Of a DNA stretch of 64,000 nt, positions 11,151 through 23,078 are shown in pieces. Within the stretch, counting starts at the first letter, position 1. Every line of letters starts with the position of its first letter. Both the position numbers and the translations under genes were made by a program. This stretch comes from Octopus vulgaris (lineage: Eukaryota), in the NCBI GenBank assembly GCA_951406725.2, contig OX597814.1, forward strand, positions 167,524,001-167,588,000. Reading direction: 5' to 3'. Below the pieces are notes generated by a model. It saw only the letters and a program-made list of their open reading frames with translations. It did not search any database and had not been told where the DNA came from.

Positions 11151-13662
11151 ACTTAGTAATTTATAGTATATGTGTTGAAAACATATAGAACAGCTTTTTT
11201 GTTTTCAAATATGTCATATTAAAGACATTAATATATTTGGGTTTAGACTTTAATTATTCATGATTTTTAATATTTCTTTAATTAATCCTTTATGATTAGT
11301 TTGGGCCAGTTGTCCTCCTAAATCCTTTTGCCCATTAATATTTCAAGACCTTCTTGGTTTTCATTATGAGAATGAAGTGATGGTGATAATAGATGTTGTT
11401 CTTGTACTTTGCAGTAGGTCACAAAATGTCCTGGGGGGACTGTTATAACTGATAAAATTAAGCAACATGTCATTATTACCATCACTTCATTCTGATGATG
11501 AGACCAGAAAAATCTTGAAATGCTTAAAGGCTTGAGAATGCTATTATTCCAAGCTAAATAACAATGACTAATAAAGAAAAATTTGAAAAACTCTTAATAA
11601 AAATAATTGCTAAATTGTGTGTTTAATATAAGTTTATGTATAAAATTAATGGAGTTTGTAACCCAATTGACTGACTTCACTAATGTCTTAGAACAAAGCA
11701 TCAAGCATCACATCAATTACACTTTCTTTCATAAGGATCCCTGTTTTTCATTATGCTAAAATTTTGAAACAGACTATGACTTTTAGGAGAAAGAAAGGTG
11801 ATAACTTTATTTTTCCTTTTTCTGATAACTAAAATAAATATTACTACTTTATAAATATCATTATGTTGTGAAAAAATTGGAGAGGGATTTTTAAAGATGA
11901 TAGGATTATAATTTAGTTAGTTTATTAATTTCATCTTCAGAGATGAAAGATCTTTTAATATCTATGGTGTATATGTAAATATTGAAAAAGCTTTTCATCT
12001 CTGAAGATAAGGTTAATAGTGCGAATAATTATAATTTTATTAACAAATCATCTTAGACATTTAGATATTTCAAAAAAAAAAAGAAAGAAAGAAAGAAAGG
12101 AAGGAAGGAGAAAAGGGAAGCAAAATCCATTACATCTTTTTATTTATCTGAAGCAAAAACATAACAGAAATGTCGAAATATAGTTGAATGATCAATAATT
12201 ATTAGTCAAAGTTTTCTGAAACCACAGTAAAGAACTGGGTTAGTTGCAAAAAAAAAAAATATAACGTTTTGAAAATAGCAATGTTTATAGCCAAATAAAA
12301 GTTTATACACTAAAGAAATAAAGTAGTTTATTTACAGTCACTTTGAAATAAATTTTGGTTTAAATATAATTTTTCTTCTGACTTTATTAAATTAAAGATT
12401 CCTTATAGTACAACAATCAGCAGTCATAAATATCTTGTATAATACTGATATGTCTTGTATGTTAAATTATGTATGCAATACAATATTGCATAGTTTGAGA
12501 GAATTAGATAAAGGTTATCACAATAGATTGCTTCATTAGTCATTGTATTTCACTTCAATATTAAATACTAAAATATTAAAAAAAAAAAAAACTCACTGAT
12601 CTTATGTTCTGATTCTGAACAAATTAACCCAAAATCACTAACAGTGAAATGTAAATGCCTTCTTAATAATTGCTTCATGTGGCTCATTATTACACTGTTA
12701 GCACATCGTTTGTGAAATTGTAACATTGCTTTGTGCTTTTAATTATCCTCATTAATGGCCCCCTCCTTAAAGAGGAAGAAAAAATTGGCATGGTTCATTA
12801 TTAAAAATAGCTTCCAATTGTTAATTTGCAAAATTCATGCAAATTTACAAAACCTTTGAAATCCAACTAGAATCAAAAGAGAAATAAAATGCTAAAAAAA
12901 TGAAAAAGAGACAACATAAAGTTATTGTCAAGATATGTGAATTATTACCTCATTATAACAGTATGTAAATTGTGCTAAGCAGGGGATAGAATCATGGGAA
13001 GCAGGTTGTTAAACCAGCATAATACCCTTATAGGTTGTGCTTAATGCCAGCAATCTTCTGACTTTTTTTCTCTTTTTGATAAATATACCATTCCAAGGAA
13101 TAATGTTTTGTACAGTCAGTTACAAAGCAAACAATTGTAAAGTGATATTTATTTTGAACTTTAGAAATTTGATTGCTGGAGGGAAGTTTATGCAGCAAAT
13201 AATGATATAGTTAACTGGTAGTGTGATCAAAATGGAGAAAGGTTTACAATGACACTAACTAAATATTTGTCTTTGATTTCACTTCTAATGTAGTCACAAT
13301 GAGTCTCATTTTGATTTATTAATGTTTGATTGTGCTTCTCCGTACATCATCTCAAGCCATTTACCAGGTCAATATGGCTGCCATTTCTGAAATAGGCTTA
13401 GATGGCTTTAAAATCGACACATTCTTGTCCCATGGCATTGTGTTTAATGAGGTCAAAATGCTGTTAGTTACAGTAAAGGTTTACATATTCAATCTTCACC
13501 AGACACATTGTTTATATGTACACATAAGGTACTGAAGATACATAGAAAGTATGATAATGAATTTGACATTTCAATCACTTTTAATTGGTTTATCAACTTC
13601 TTTTTTGTATGAAATAAGTAAAATTGAAAGGAATTTCATGATGTTGCTGTTTTATTTCATAG

Positions 13663-13808
13663 GTGATGACCGTGGCCCAGTTTTAGAGGTTATTGTGTCT
13701 CGTACCAACTTCATATCATCTCACACAGAAAGAAATGTTCGAATTGTTGGTTTGTCTACAGCATTAGCCAATGCTAGAGATCTTGCTGATTGGCTTGGAA
13801 TCAAACAA
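13663..13808 (+). CDS. ASCC3: ASCC3 (activating signal cointegrator 1 complex subunit 3, Ski2-like helicase) internal exon, C-terminal helicase cassette
   Basis: Acceptor tttatttcatag| and donor |gtaagg; 146 nt, phase 1 to 0. Encodes (G)[48 protein letters not shown], matching the ASCC3 segment after DEIH motif II, including motif III (GLSTAL). Confidence 0.95.
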
Positions 13809-14530
13809 GTAAGGATTGTACATAAATTATTACTTACAGTAATAATCCCATTACTTTCTAATACTGCACAGATTTTCTAATGTAAATATTTTCAAATCAG
13901 TTTTTTTTTTTGTATACTTTAATTCGAAAATAGATCAGACAGGTGAGAATTACTTCTTGAGGCTGACACCTTAGACCACTCAATCATCCTGATGATGATG
14001 AAAAGTTAGTGGACAAAATTTCAAGCTGTTTACTGTATTACAGCATCATGAAAGCTCTCTTATTTTAGTGTAAATATTAAAAAGCAGAAAGCAGGACATA
14101 TTAGCATATTCTGAATCCCAGTTGAAAGTATATTATTAATTTTTCTCATTTGTGTTTAACTGCCATCATGGGGTTGTATTAATGCAGAGGTCATGAATGG
14201 TTTTTTGTCAAGGCACCATTAACATTTGTCTTCATTAAAGCTAATCAGCATGGAAGAATACATGTCTGTCTATCCCCCTCCCCACCATCCACTTATCCAT
14301 CCACACATTCATCCACCCACCCTTGTTTTCTTCTTCAAAGAAACTTGAATTGATCAATGCATCTGTTGCTTGCAGCAGGTGCATTGTGTGATATGTACCA
14401 TCTGTGGTAATGATTTACATGAAAGTCAACAAGGCTGTTAAGACTTACAGGCTAGTGCTTTATGGTATGATGCAAATTGTTAATAATTTAGTGAATGTGT
14501 GTATTGATGGGTGGCTAGATCAATAGGGTG

Positions 14531-14841
14531 CAACATAAACAGCTGAAAGGTTGTTTGTTTGTATTTTATTACTAGCACATTTCTATGTCCATGGTGAAAA
14601 CACTAAGTTCTCAGAGATCATATCTACCTAGAGGTCAACATAAACAGCTGAAAGGTTGTTTGTTTGTATTTTATTACTAGCACATTTCTATGTCCATGGT
14701 GAAAACACTAAGTTCTCAGAGATCATATCTACCTAGAGGTCAACATAAACAGCTGAAAGGTTGTTTGTTTGTATTTTATTACTAGCACATTTCTATGTCC
14801 ATGGTGAAAACACTAAGTTCTCAGAGATCATATCTACCTAG
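14531..14841. repeat. Exact tandem triplication, period 105 bp
   Basis: caacataaacagctgaaagg...atatctacctag starts at 14531, 14636 and 14741; copies look identical and are joined by aggt. Confidence 0.95.
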
Positions 14842-15919
14842 CACTATATAGGATGGAATTTGTGAGTATTGTGTTGGTGTCTTATCCAGGGAGCGTTTTG
14901 TTTTTTATCTACTAAATGCTATGGAAATTGGAAGCACCATCCCATTGGAACATAGGATTCAGAAAAGAAACAGAAAAACTATTGTGCTAGCTGTATGATG
15001 CCTTATCAATTTTACCAGCTGTCTCTTTGCATTAGCTATAAACATTGTAACTATTTGGGATTTCCTGAAATAAAAATAAATGTGTGAGAGTCAATTATGT
15101 TGTTGCTGTCATTATAACCATTATCATCTTATCCGTTTTTCCATGCTTGCATGTGTTGGACAGAATTTGCTGAAGCAGATTTTCTATGGTTGGATATCCA
15201 TTCTGTTGCCAACCCTCACCTGTTTCCAAATAAGGTAATACTTTCTCATGACCAGGCATACTTTTATAGAAGTCTGGAAACGGAGGATGTTGCTTGCATG
15301 ACAGTGACACTTGTTCACAACTGTCATACAGTGTCATGGCAAGAAGATGTAAACACACGCACGCATATACATACACACCACACTTCATCCCCATAACATT
15401 TATCACTTCTCTATCACCTGAAAGCAAAGTAGGCACATATTACATCCCACTGCTTTCTCAGTTGCCTTCTTTCCCCAACCCTGAACCACTTTCATTTCCC
15501 ATTATCTTCCCCTACCTATTGTCTCTACCAATCACCACCTTTCTATGCCTTCTCTCTTTTACTTTTGTTCCTCATCATTAACACTTCATTTATCTGCATT
15601 AACACTTCATTTATCCCTCAATGTCATCATATATGTACTGCAACTCCCCCTCCCCGAGCCTCTCCTAATTTCTGTATCACCTCAATTATTTTCACTACCT
15701 CTAATATCTCTCAAGGGTATATCTCAACACATCTTCACCACCATCTCTTTCCCTATTGTTCTCTTACTCTTTCAGTTACATGCTCTCTTTATCTTACTCT
15801 CTAACTTGCTCTCCTTTCTCTTCCAACTGGGGTCCCGATGTATCTGCTCTACAGCAAGACACCTATCCTTGTTCTTTTATACCTCTAATTTCTCAACTGG
15901 CACAAAACCACCACCTTCT

Positions 15920-16178
15920 CAGTAAAGGAATTTTACCTTGCAAGTTACTTGGGGACCCTCTTGGAACTGGTGCCACTTAAAAAGCACTGTTGCTGGTGCC
16001 ATATAAAAAGCATCGGTGCTGGTTGGCATTAGGAAGGACATCCAACTGCAGAAACCATGCCAAAACAGACAGTGAGGCCTAATGCAGTTCCTAGCCTTAC
16101 CAGCTCCTGTCAAATCATCCAACCCATGCCAGCATGGAAAACAAATATTGAATGAGGGCAATGATGATGATGATGATG
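15920..16178 (+). mobile_element. RTE-related 3' end fragment
   Basis: ggttggcattaggaaggacatccaactg...aacccatgccagcatggaaa and a (GAT)n tail. Confidence 0.7.
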
Positions 16179-16237
16179 TTAACATGTGTGTGCATAGATA
16201 GATAGATAAATAGATAGATAGGTAGGTAGGTAGGCAG

Positions 16238-16432
16238 GCTTGTGAGAGGATTTGGTAGGTAGAAATTGACAAAAGCATGTTCGATCGATTGATCAAACAT
16301 GCTTTTGTCAGTTTCTGCCTACAAAATATAGCCTGGGGCCATATTTGAAGATATTTACCTAAGGTACCATGCAGTGGGATTGAGCCCAAAACCATATGGT
16401 TGGAAAGTAAATTTAGCACACAGCCATACCTC
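16238..16432 (-). mobile_element. SINE family B fragments (short + piece facing a - strand head)
   Basis: 16295-16432 is the reverse complement of the family B head. 16238-16281 is a + strand piece, giving the palindrome agaaattgacaaaagcatgtt...aacatgcttttgtcagtttct. Confidence 0.65.
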
Positions 16433-16639
16433 CACATGTATATACATTTGTATATGAAGATTCTCTTCTGTTTTTCTATTTTTTCATGCTTTAACAATTT
16501 TCATGTAACAATATTAATATTGTAATTGTTGGAGGTTTTCTTGTGAGGATTTGTTACTTCTGATGAAGAAATTTATACAGCTTATTTAGACCATTGCAAT
16601 TTTGACTAAATAGACAATTTTTTATGGCATTTTTTGCAG

Positions 16640-16760
16640 GTGGGCTTATTTAATTTTAGACCATCTGTACGTCCAGTTCCTCTAGAGGTACATGTTTCTG
16701 GATTCCCAGGGCAACATTATTGTCCACGAATGGCTTCTATGAACAAACCAGTCTTCAATG
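16640..16760 (+). CDS. ASCC3: ASCC3 internal exon
   Basis: Acceptor ttttttgcag| and donor |gtatgt; 121 nt, phase 0 to 1. Encodes [40 protein letters not shown], in frame with the previous exon. Not in the ORF track. Confidence 0.95.
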
Positions 16761-17046
16761 GTATGTATATTTCAGTTTTCCTAAATAAATATTGTATATA
16801 AGCTTTTGAGCTGTTGTGCTCATCACGTTAACATTTTCTTTGGCAATAGATTCATTTTGTTTTGAGTTAAATTGACTAGCTCCACTCTATTTTCTGAAAG
16901 CTAATTTTATTGAGATGGAGAGAATGACATATGTAGCTAATAAACTATTAACTACAAATCATATCAAATGACATTCTATTTTTCACTATGTCTTTGAATG
17001 CTTTATTTTACTGAAGAAATGAGACATATTTGAAACATAAACATGA

Positions 17047-17620
17047 TGTGGTAAGAAGCTTGCTTCTCAACTACATAGTTCCAGGTTCAGTCCCACTGCA
17101 TGGCACCTTGGGCAAGTGTCTTCTAAAGCCTCAGGCCAACCAAAGCCTTGTGAGTTAAATGACAAGGGTAAGTTTGTATATAGTAGTTAGATCAGAACTT
17201 AGTCCTCGTTTTTGCACAAGGTAAAAATAACTTTAAAATATTCCTTTGTATGTACCTTTATGAGGCAGACATGGCTGTGTGGTTAAGAAGCTTGTTTTGT
17301 AATCATATGGTTTTGGGTTCAGTCCTAGTGTGTGGCACCCTGGGTAAGTGTCTGCTACCATATCCCTGGTCCAATCTATGCCTTATTACTGAATTTGGTA
17401 GATAGAAACTGTGTAGAAACCCATCATTGATGTGTGTTTGTGTCTGTTCCTCCACATCACTTAATAATCATTGTTGGCTTGTTTACATCCATTTAACTTA
17501 GCAGTTGAGCAAAAGTCACCTGATTTATAGAAATAAGTACTAGAATTTATTTGTTTGACTAAAGCCCTTCAGGACAGTGCCCCATCATGGTCACAGTCCA
17601 TTGACTAAAATATGTAAAAA
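17047..17620 (+). mobile_element. Two diverged SINE family B copies (17047-17155 and 17263-17620)
   Basis: tgtggtaagaagcttg...ggttcagtcccactgcatggcaccttgggcaagtgtcttct head, with CORE-like ccttgggcaagt. Confidence 0.75.
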
Positions 17621-17748
17621 ATAGATACCTATCCAAAATACCTGGAAAATAATATCAGTTTAATTGATAATAAAGATGATGTCTCTTCATTTGTAATGTT
17701 GCAGTAACAGAATGCATCTCTTAAAGTATAAATTTCTTCTGGTAGGAT

Positions 17749-18286
17749 CTCTTTTACTCTTTTACTTGTTTCAGTCATTTGACTGTGGCCATGCTGTAGC
17801 ACCACCTTTAGTCAAAGAAATCGACCCCAAGACTTATTCTTTGTAAGCCTAGTACTTAATCTATCTGTCTCTTTTGCCAAACTGCTAAGTTATGGGGACG
17901 TAAACCCACCAGCATCGGTTGTCAAGCGATGTTGGGGGACAAACACAGACACAAACATATACACACACACATATATATATATAAGTGGAGGCGCAATGGC
18001 CTAGTGGTTAGGGCAGCGGACTCGCAGTTGTAGGATCGCGGTTTCAATTCCCAGACCGGGCGTTGCGAGTGTTTATTGAGCGAAAACACCTAAAGCTACA
18101 CAAGGCTCCGGCAGGGGGTGGTGGCGATCCCTGCTGTACTCTTTCACCACAAATTTCTCCAACTCTTTCTTCTGTTGGCCTGCTCGCTTAGCCAGCGGGG
18201 TGGCGTCATTTGAAGGCTAAAACAATACGAAGCGCATTGTGACCAGCGATGTGTAACAACATCTGATGGCCTGGTCGATCACGGTG

Positions 18287-18319
<33 letters not shown>

Positions 18320-18493
18320 TGCACAGACACACACATATATACAACAGGCTTCTTTCAGTTTCTGTCTCCCAAATCCACTCACAAGGCTTTAGTCAGCCCG
18401 AGGCTATAGTAGAAGACACTTGCCCAAAGTACCACACAGTGGTTTGAACTCAGAACCATGTGGTTGGTAAGCAAGCTACTTACCACACAACCA
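17749..18493 (-). mobile_element. SINE family B, near full length, interrupted by a SINE C insertion
   Basis: Reverse complement of the 43329-43717 copy; split at its internal (TA/CA)n tract. Confidence 0.85.
17985..18287 (+). mobile_element. tRNA-derived SINE family C, CpG-rich
   Basis: tRNA-like head GGCGCAATGGCCTAGTGGTTAGGGCAGCGGACTCGCAGTTGTAGGATCGCGGTTTCAATTCC (A and B boxes), then a ~230-bp body; flanked by (TA)n. Confidence 0.8.
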
Positions 18494-18537
18494 TAGTAAT
18501 TAATTTAAAAAAAACTGAACTTTATTTCCCTCTTCAG

Positions 18538-18680
18538 CAATCAAAACTCATTCATCAACCCGTCCTGTTTTGATATTTGTGTCATCACGAAGGCAAACCC
18601 GTTTGACTGCCCTAGATTTAATTGGATTTCTGGCAACTGAAGACAATCCAAAACAGTGGCTGCAGATGCCTGATGAAGAA
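18538..18680 (+). CDS. ASCC3: ASCC3 internal exon
   Basis: Acceptor ttccctcttcag| and donor |gtaagg; 143 nt, phase 1 to 0. Encodes (A)[47 protein letters not shown], with helicase motif [12 protein letters not shown]; phases match the previous exon. Confidence 0.95.
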
Positions 18681-19379
18681 GTAAGGACATTTTTATATTT
18701 TCATTTTTTATATTTACATGTTTTTTACTTACAAAATATGATTAATATCCATATCATTACTCACATACACACATGCAAGACCTATTGCAATATATTACGA
18801 TTTTAAAAATGTTAATGTTTTTAAATTATTAAGCAGTACAACATACTTAAAAAGTATTTTATAAATGTAAAATAATTTCACTTTCAGTAAACTATGTCAT
18901 CTATCTGAGCCATATATTTAAAAAAAAATAAACATGTATTTCATCTGTTTAATTTTGAAAAAAATATAAGTATCTAATTTAATCTAAATATCATAATTAT
19001 CCATTTTTTTTATATTGTATGAGTTTACAGCTACAAATTGATTGTTTTCAGAATTATGCTCATTTCTTTTTCAATTATTTATTTAAATGCCAATATTTAT
19101 ATTTTTTTTTAAATACTGTAATTTTTATCTAAATGAATCCTCTTATTTTGGTATCCGAATATATTTCTAAAATGAAAAAAACAAAACAAGAAAAAAATTG
19201 ATTATTTTATAAATCAATATCTTACACTATATCATTTATGTTGGCACCCCAAATATATATCTATCAAAATTTTCTTGAGTTGAAAACAAAAATTAACAGA
19301 CTATTTGCTAGGTTGGTTTAACCAGCAATTCATACACACACTGTAAATACTATGAACGATAAAAATTCACTAGAGTGTT

Positions 19380-19770
19380 TAACAGGCATGGTATTAGCTG
19401 AACACTTTAACGTTTCGAATGTTAGTCCTTCATCAGAAGAAAGAGAAAAGTATAGAGGGAGTGAGAAAGAGGAATAGACAGTGAGAAGGAAAGGGGGGAA
19501 AAAAACAATGGATCAGAAACCAAATGGGAGTGCGCTTCTTAGCTAGGGAGTTAAGAAGGGGTGGGTGTATCAATGCAAGTGTAGGAGTGTTTCCACGTCT
19601 GCAAGTGAGTGTAGGGGAAGAGTGATGTGTGTGTGTGTAGTTTTGTGGGATGTTTGATTGATTATGTGTAAAATTGTGCAAGTGTAGAAGTGTAGTGATA
19701 TAGGTTAGTAGTTGTCTAAGGTGTTAGTACTCAATACCAAAGGGAGAATTATATTAAAGATGGTAATTAC
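19380..19770 (-). mobile_element. Penelope-like element 3' remnant with hammerhead-like motif
   Basis: Minus strand reads ...SPFGI.* (GIY-YIG C-terminus-like, ~19725-19760), a pyrimidine-rich tract, then CTGATGAAGGACTAACATTCGAAACGTT (19405-19440). Confidence 0.5.
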
Positions 19771-21760
19771 TGACACTTTACATTTGAGTGTACATATTTT
19801 ATATGTTTCTAATCATCAAACTGGACATGAAGCATGATATAAATAAATGATCTGTTGCTCAGAATATATAGGTAAGTACCCAAAGATAAAGAGCTGGGAT
19901 AAATGGATGAGAGGTGAAAGAAAAAGGAGGAAAATTTTGGCATTTTCTCATAATGATTGAGGAGTGTCTGAAGGTGAGATTTTTGTATGTTTATTTGCTG
20001 GTTTGTCTTTAGAATTAAAATTAAGAGTGGGCGATTAATTGCAAATTTGTTAAACTGTAAATTGCATGATAAAATATGTCATACACATTTCAGTAAAATT
20101 TCAAAATTATGAATATTAAAGGGGATTCAACATTCACACTAATGTACTCTTGCACATATAAATACACTGAAAGAATTATCTGTGGAAGGTTAATAGAATA
20201 AATGGTAAATAACAGGAATAACAAGAGGAAATAGAAGAAGAAAAATAATGAATAGAATATAAAGATTAAATGATTATGAAACTTTTAAATGTTAATGCAC
20301 TTGTATCCATGAGATTTCTTCTTTTCTTTAATGCCTCTCATGTATGGCTTAGGAAGTAGATTTTTTAAGCTAGATTTTTATGCCCAGATACTCTTACTGC
20401 TGCCAACTCTTAAGTTTTTCAAGTAAAGGATTTTTATTTCAGAAGAATCCAAAATCACTGAGCTAGCAAGTGATTTGTTGACAGGAAATGTCAACCAACT
20501 TGACATCTAGTAACCCAAATCTGAATGATGAAATTTATAGCTCAGCTTCAAACTGTGGTGTCAGCTCAGTGTAGTTTTGTAAACATTCACTTGGACATGT
20601 GTGCATGTGCACACACACACACATGTAGTATACTTAGGTACACAGCCTTTTTGGTTTTAAGTAAGATGTTGACTAAGATCTTTTTGCTAACCAAACCTTC
20701 TTTTTACTGGTTTTATCAATTGGTATTTATGTTTGTTAGCAAAATCAGAATTCATAGGAAATGTGGAATTAAGGATTCTATCTGGTCATCAACCCCCCAG
20801 CTTTCTTGTGATATCTTTGGTTTCCTAATTATTGGAATTCTAGTTGTTGGTATGAGGTTTTCCTCTAAATGTTTGTGATATTACTAATAGAGTAATATTA
20901 TTATATTGTCTAAATTGTGTAGATTGTTGGTTTCGTTAGCCAGGATGTGTATGGAATTTGACATTTTTTTTTATGAGTTTAAATATATTTGACTATGCAC
21001 TTAATTGAAGTGGGCTTTTACATGATTTAAATCCAAATTAATCGTTATCAGTGCTTGGTTTTCCATGCTTGAAAAATGTATTTTCCTGCTCACTCTTCTT
21101 ATAAAATGTTCAGTTTTTCTAATTTATTCTTTTAAATAGTATTTTTTTTAGAAGGTATGCTAGCATTTTTGATGGAGAATTTCAGCAGATACCTATCCTT
21201 ATTCAGCTATGTGGGTGTCTCATCTTGTTGCAGTGTTCTGCCTCATGGGCAAGGGTGGCATATTGTATGTAATATTTATCTTTTCAAAATTTTACTGAAA
21301 TGTGTATGCTCTAAGTGATCATCATCCACTCTCAGTTTAGTGCTAATTCCAAAGGTCAGCCAACATATAAATATATAAATATCTCCCCATTACACATTCT
21401 TTGATTATGTTAAGAAAATGTATGATTTTTTAAAATGTATTTTTCTCTTTTTCACTTCAGCTCTTTCTAACCAGAGGCATTTTCTCTGGGCACTAACCTA
21501 TATATTCTGAGCAATGGATCACTTAACACTTCATATCCAGTGTAATGAGTAGAAAAGGGAACTTTAAATAACTAAATTTGAACTATCATCTATTACAGTA
21601 AATCTGGCTAATAAAGTAAATCATTTTACAATATCATCAGCTGCCTTATCAAAGCAGATAAAACTATAAATAATATTGTGTAGAATATTGGGTTCAAAAT
21701 CCCTGGCAACCTTCAATTTCTTTTTCTATCGTAGGAGTTTTTAATTCCATTTCCACACTG

Positions 21761-23078
21761 TGAGGGTCGGCTGAAAAGTTTTATAGGCTGACCAAGATAT
21801 TCTCATGGAATGTGACCAAATGAGAGATATTTTTCAACATGATCCCCCTTGCAGTCCACACACTTTTTTCATCAGTCTTGCAGTACTTGGATCTCATTGG
21901 TGAAGAAGCTTTCATCCTGCTGGTCAAAAAAAGTCATAAATGACATTGGATCCCAGCCAAATGTTTCTTCATGTTGGGGAACAGATGATGGTCAGATGGG
22001 GCCAAAATCAAGAGAATATGGAGGATGATCAACCAGTTCAAGGCCACACTCATGCACAGCAGCCATTGAAACTAAGGACATGCGTGTTGGAGTATTGTCC
22101 CAATGAAACAAGATACTTTTTGTTAGTTTTCCTGGGCATTTGGTCTTGATAGCCTTTTGTAACCACCTCAACAAGTTGGCATGGTACTCTCCATGGTACT
22201 CTTTGGAGCAGGTGAAGAGGAGTGTCTCCACTGCATGAATTCTGTTTGTGTCTGGTTCAGAGTGATGAACCCAGCACTCATCTTGGACTAGGAAACATTC
22301 AAGGAAACCAGCTGGATCTGCTTCAGACAAAGTCAGATTTTCCTGTGATGTGATCACTCCAGTGTGCTTTTAATCAGATGTCAGAAGACAGGACACCCAC
22401 TGAATAGAAACCTTCGTCATGCAAAGTTCGTTGTGTAGAATATTGTTAACTCTCTCACAGAATATGCTAATAACGTTGACAATGATTTATAGTCAATTGC
22501 CTCTCATCTATCACCATGTGGTGAACACAATCAATGTTTTCCACAGTGTTGCTAGTTGTAGGCCGTTCAGACCTTAGGTCATGCTCAAGACTGTTTTCCT
22601 GTACTAAATTCAGCTACCTGCCTTTGAACTGTTGATAAAGCTGGAGCATCATCCCCTAATGTAGCAATAATGTTGATATGAATGTTATTAGGGCCAAAAC
22701 CTTTTTATGCAGGTATTTGATAACACCATGATGCCACATTTTATCTATTTTCAAGAGAAATCACTATTAGTTGCTTTTGAAGTCTTCTTTGAACAGTCGT
22801 ATGTCAGTTGACCTGGAAAGAAACAATTATCATCATCATCGTTTAATGTCCGCTTTCAATGCTGGCATGGGTTGGATGGTTTGACTGAGGACTGGTAAGC
22901 CAGAATCTGCACCAGGCTCCAATCTGATTTGGCAAAGTTTCTACAGCTGGATGCCCTTCCTAATGTCAACCACTCTGAGAGTGTAATGGGTGCTTTTTAC
23001 ATGCCACTGGCACAAGGGCCATGCAGTTATTAATAAGAAGAGCTAAACTTAATGCATGAACTTTTCAGCCCACCCTTG
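21761..23078 (-). mobile_element. Mariner transposon (irritans-like), decayed, with RTE insertion at ~22827-23020
   Basis: Inverted ends tgagggtcggctgaaaagtt and aacttttcagcccacccttg|ta. ORF 21992-22357 has DECWVHH, FHWDN and HPPYSLD motifs. Confidence 0.85.

Noticed and set aside
13551-13880. 109-aa ORF as a standalone gene (also 18570-18806)
   Set aside because: Only the part between splice sites matches ASCC3; the flanks are intron read-through.
14531-14841. CRISPR-like array
   Set aside because: Units are identical end to end with no unique spacers, there are no cas genes, and the context is eukaryotic.
17987-18060. tRNA gene
   Set aside because: A and B boxes are present but the anticodon and acceptor stems pair poorly and it runs into a SINE body.
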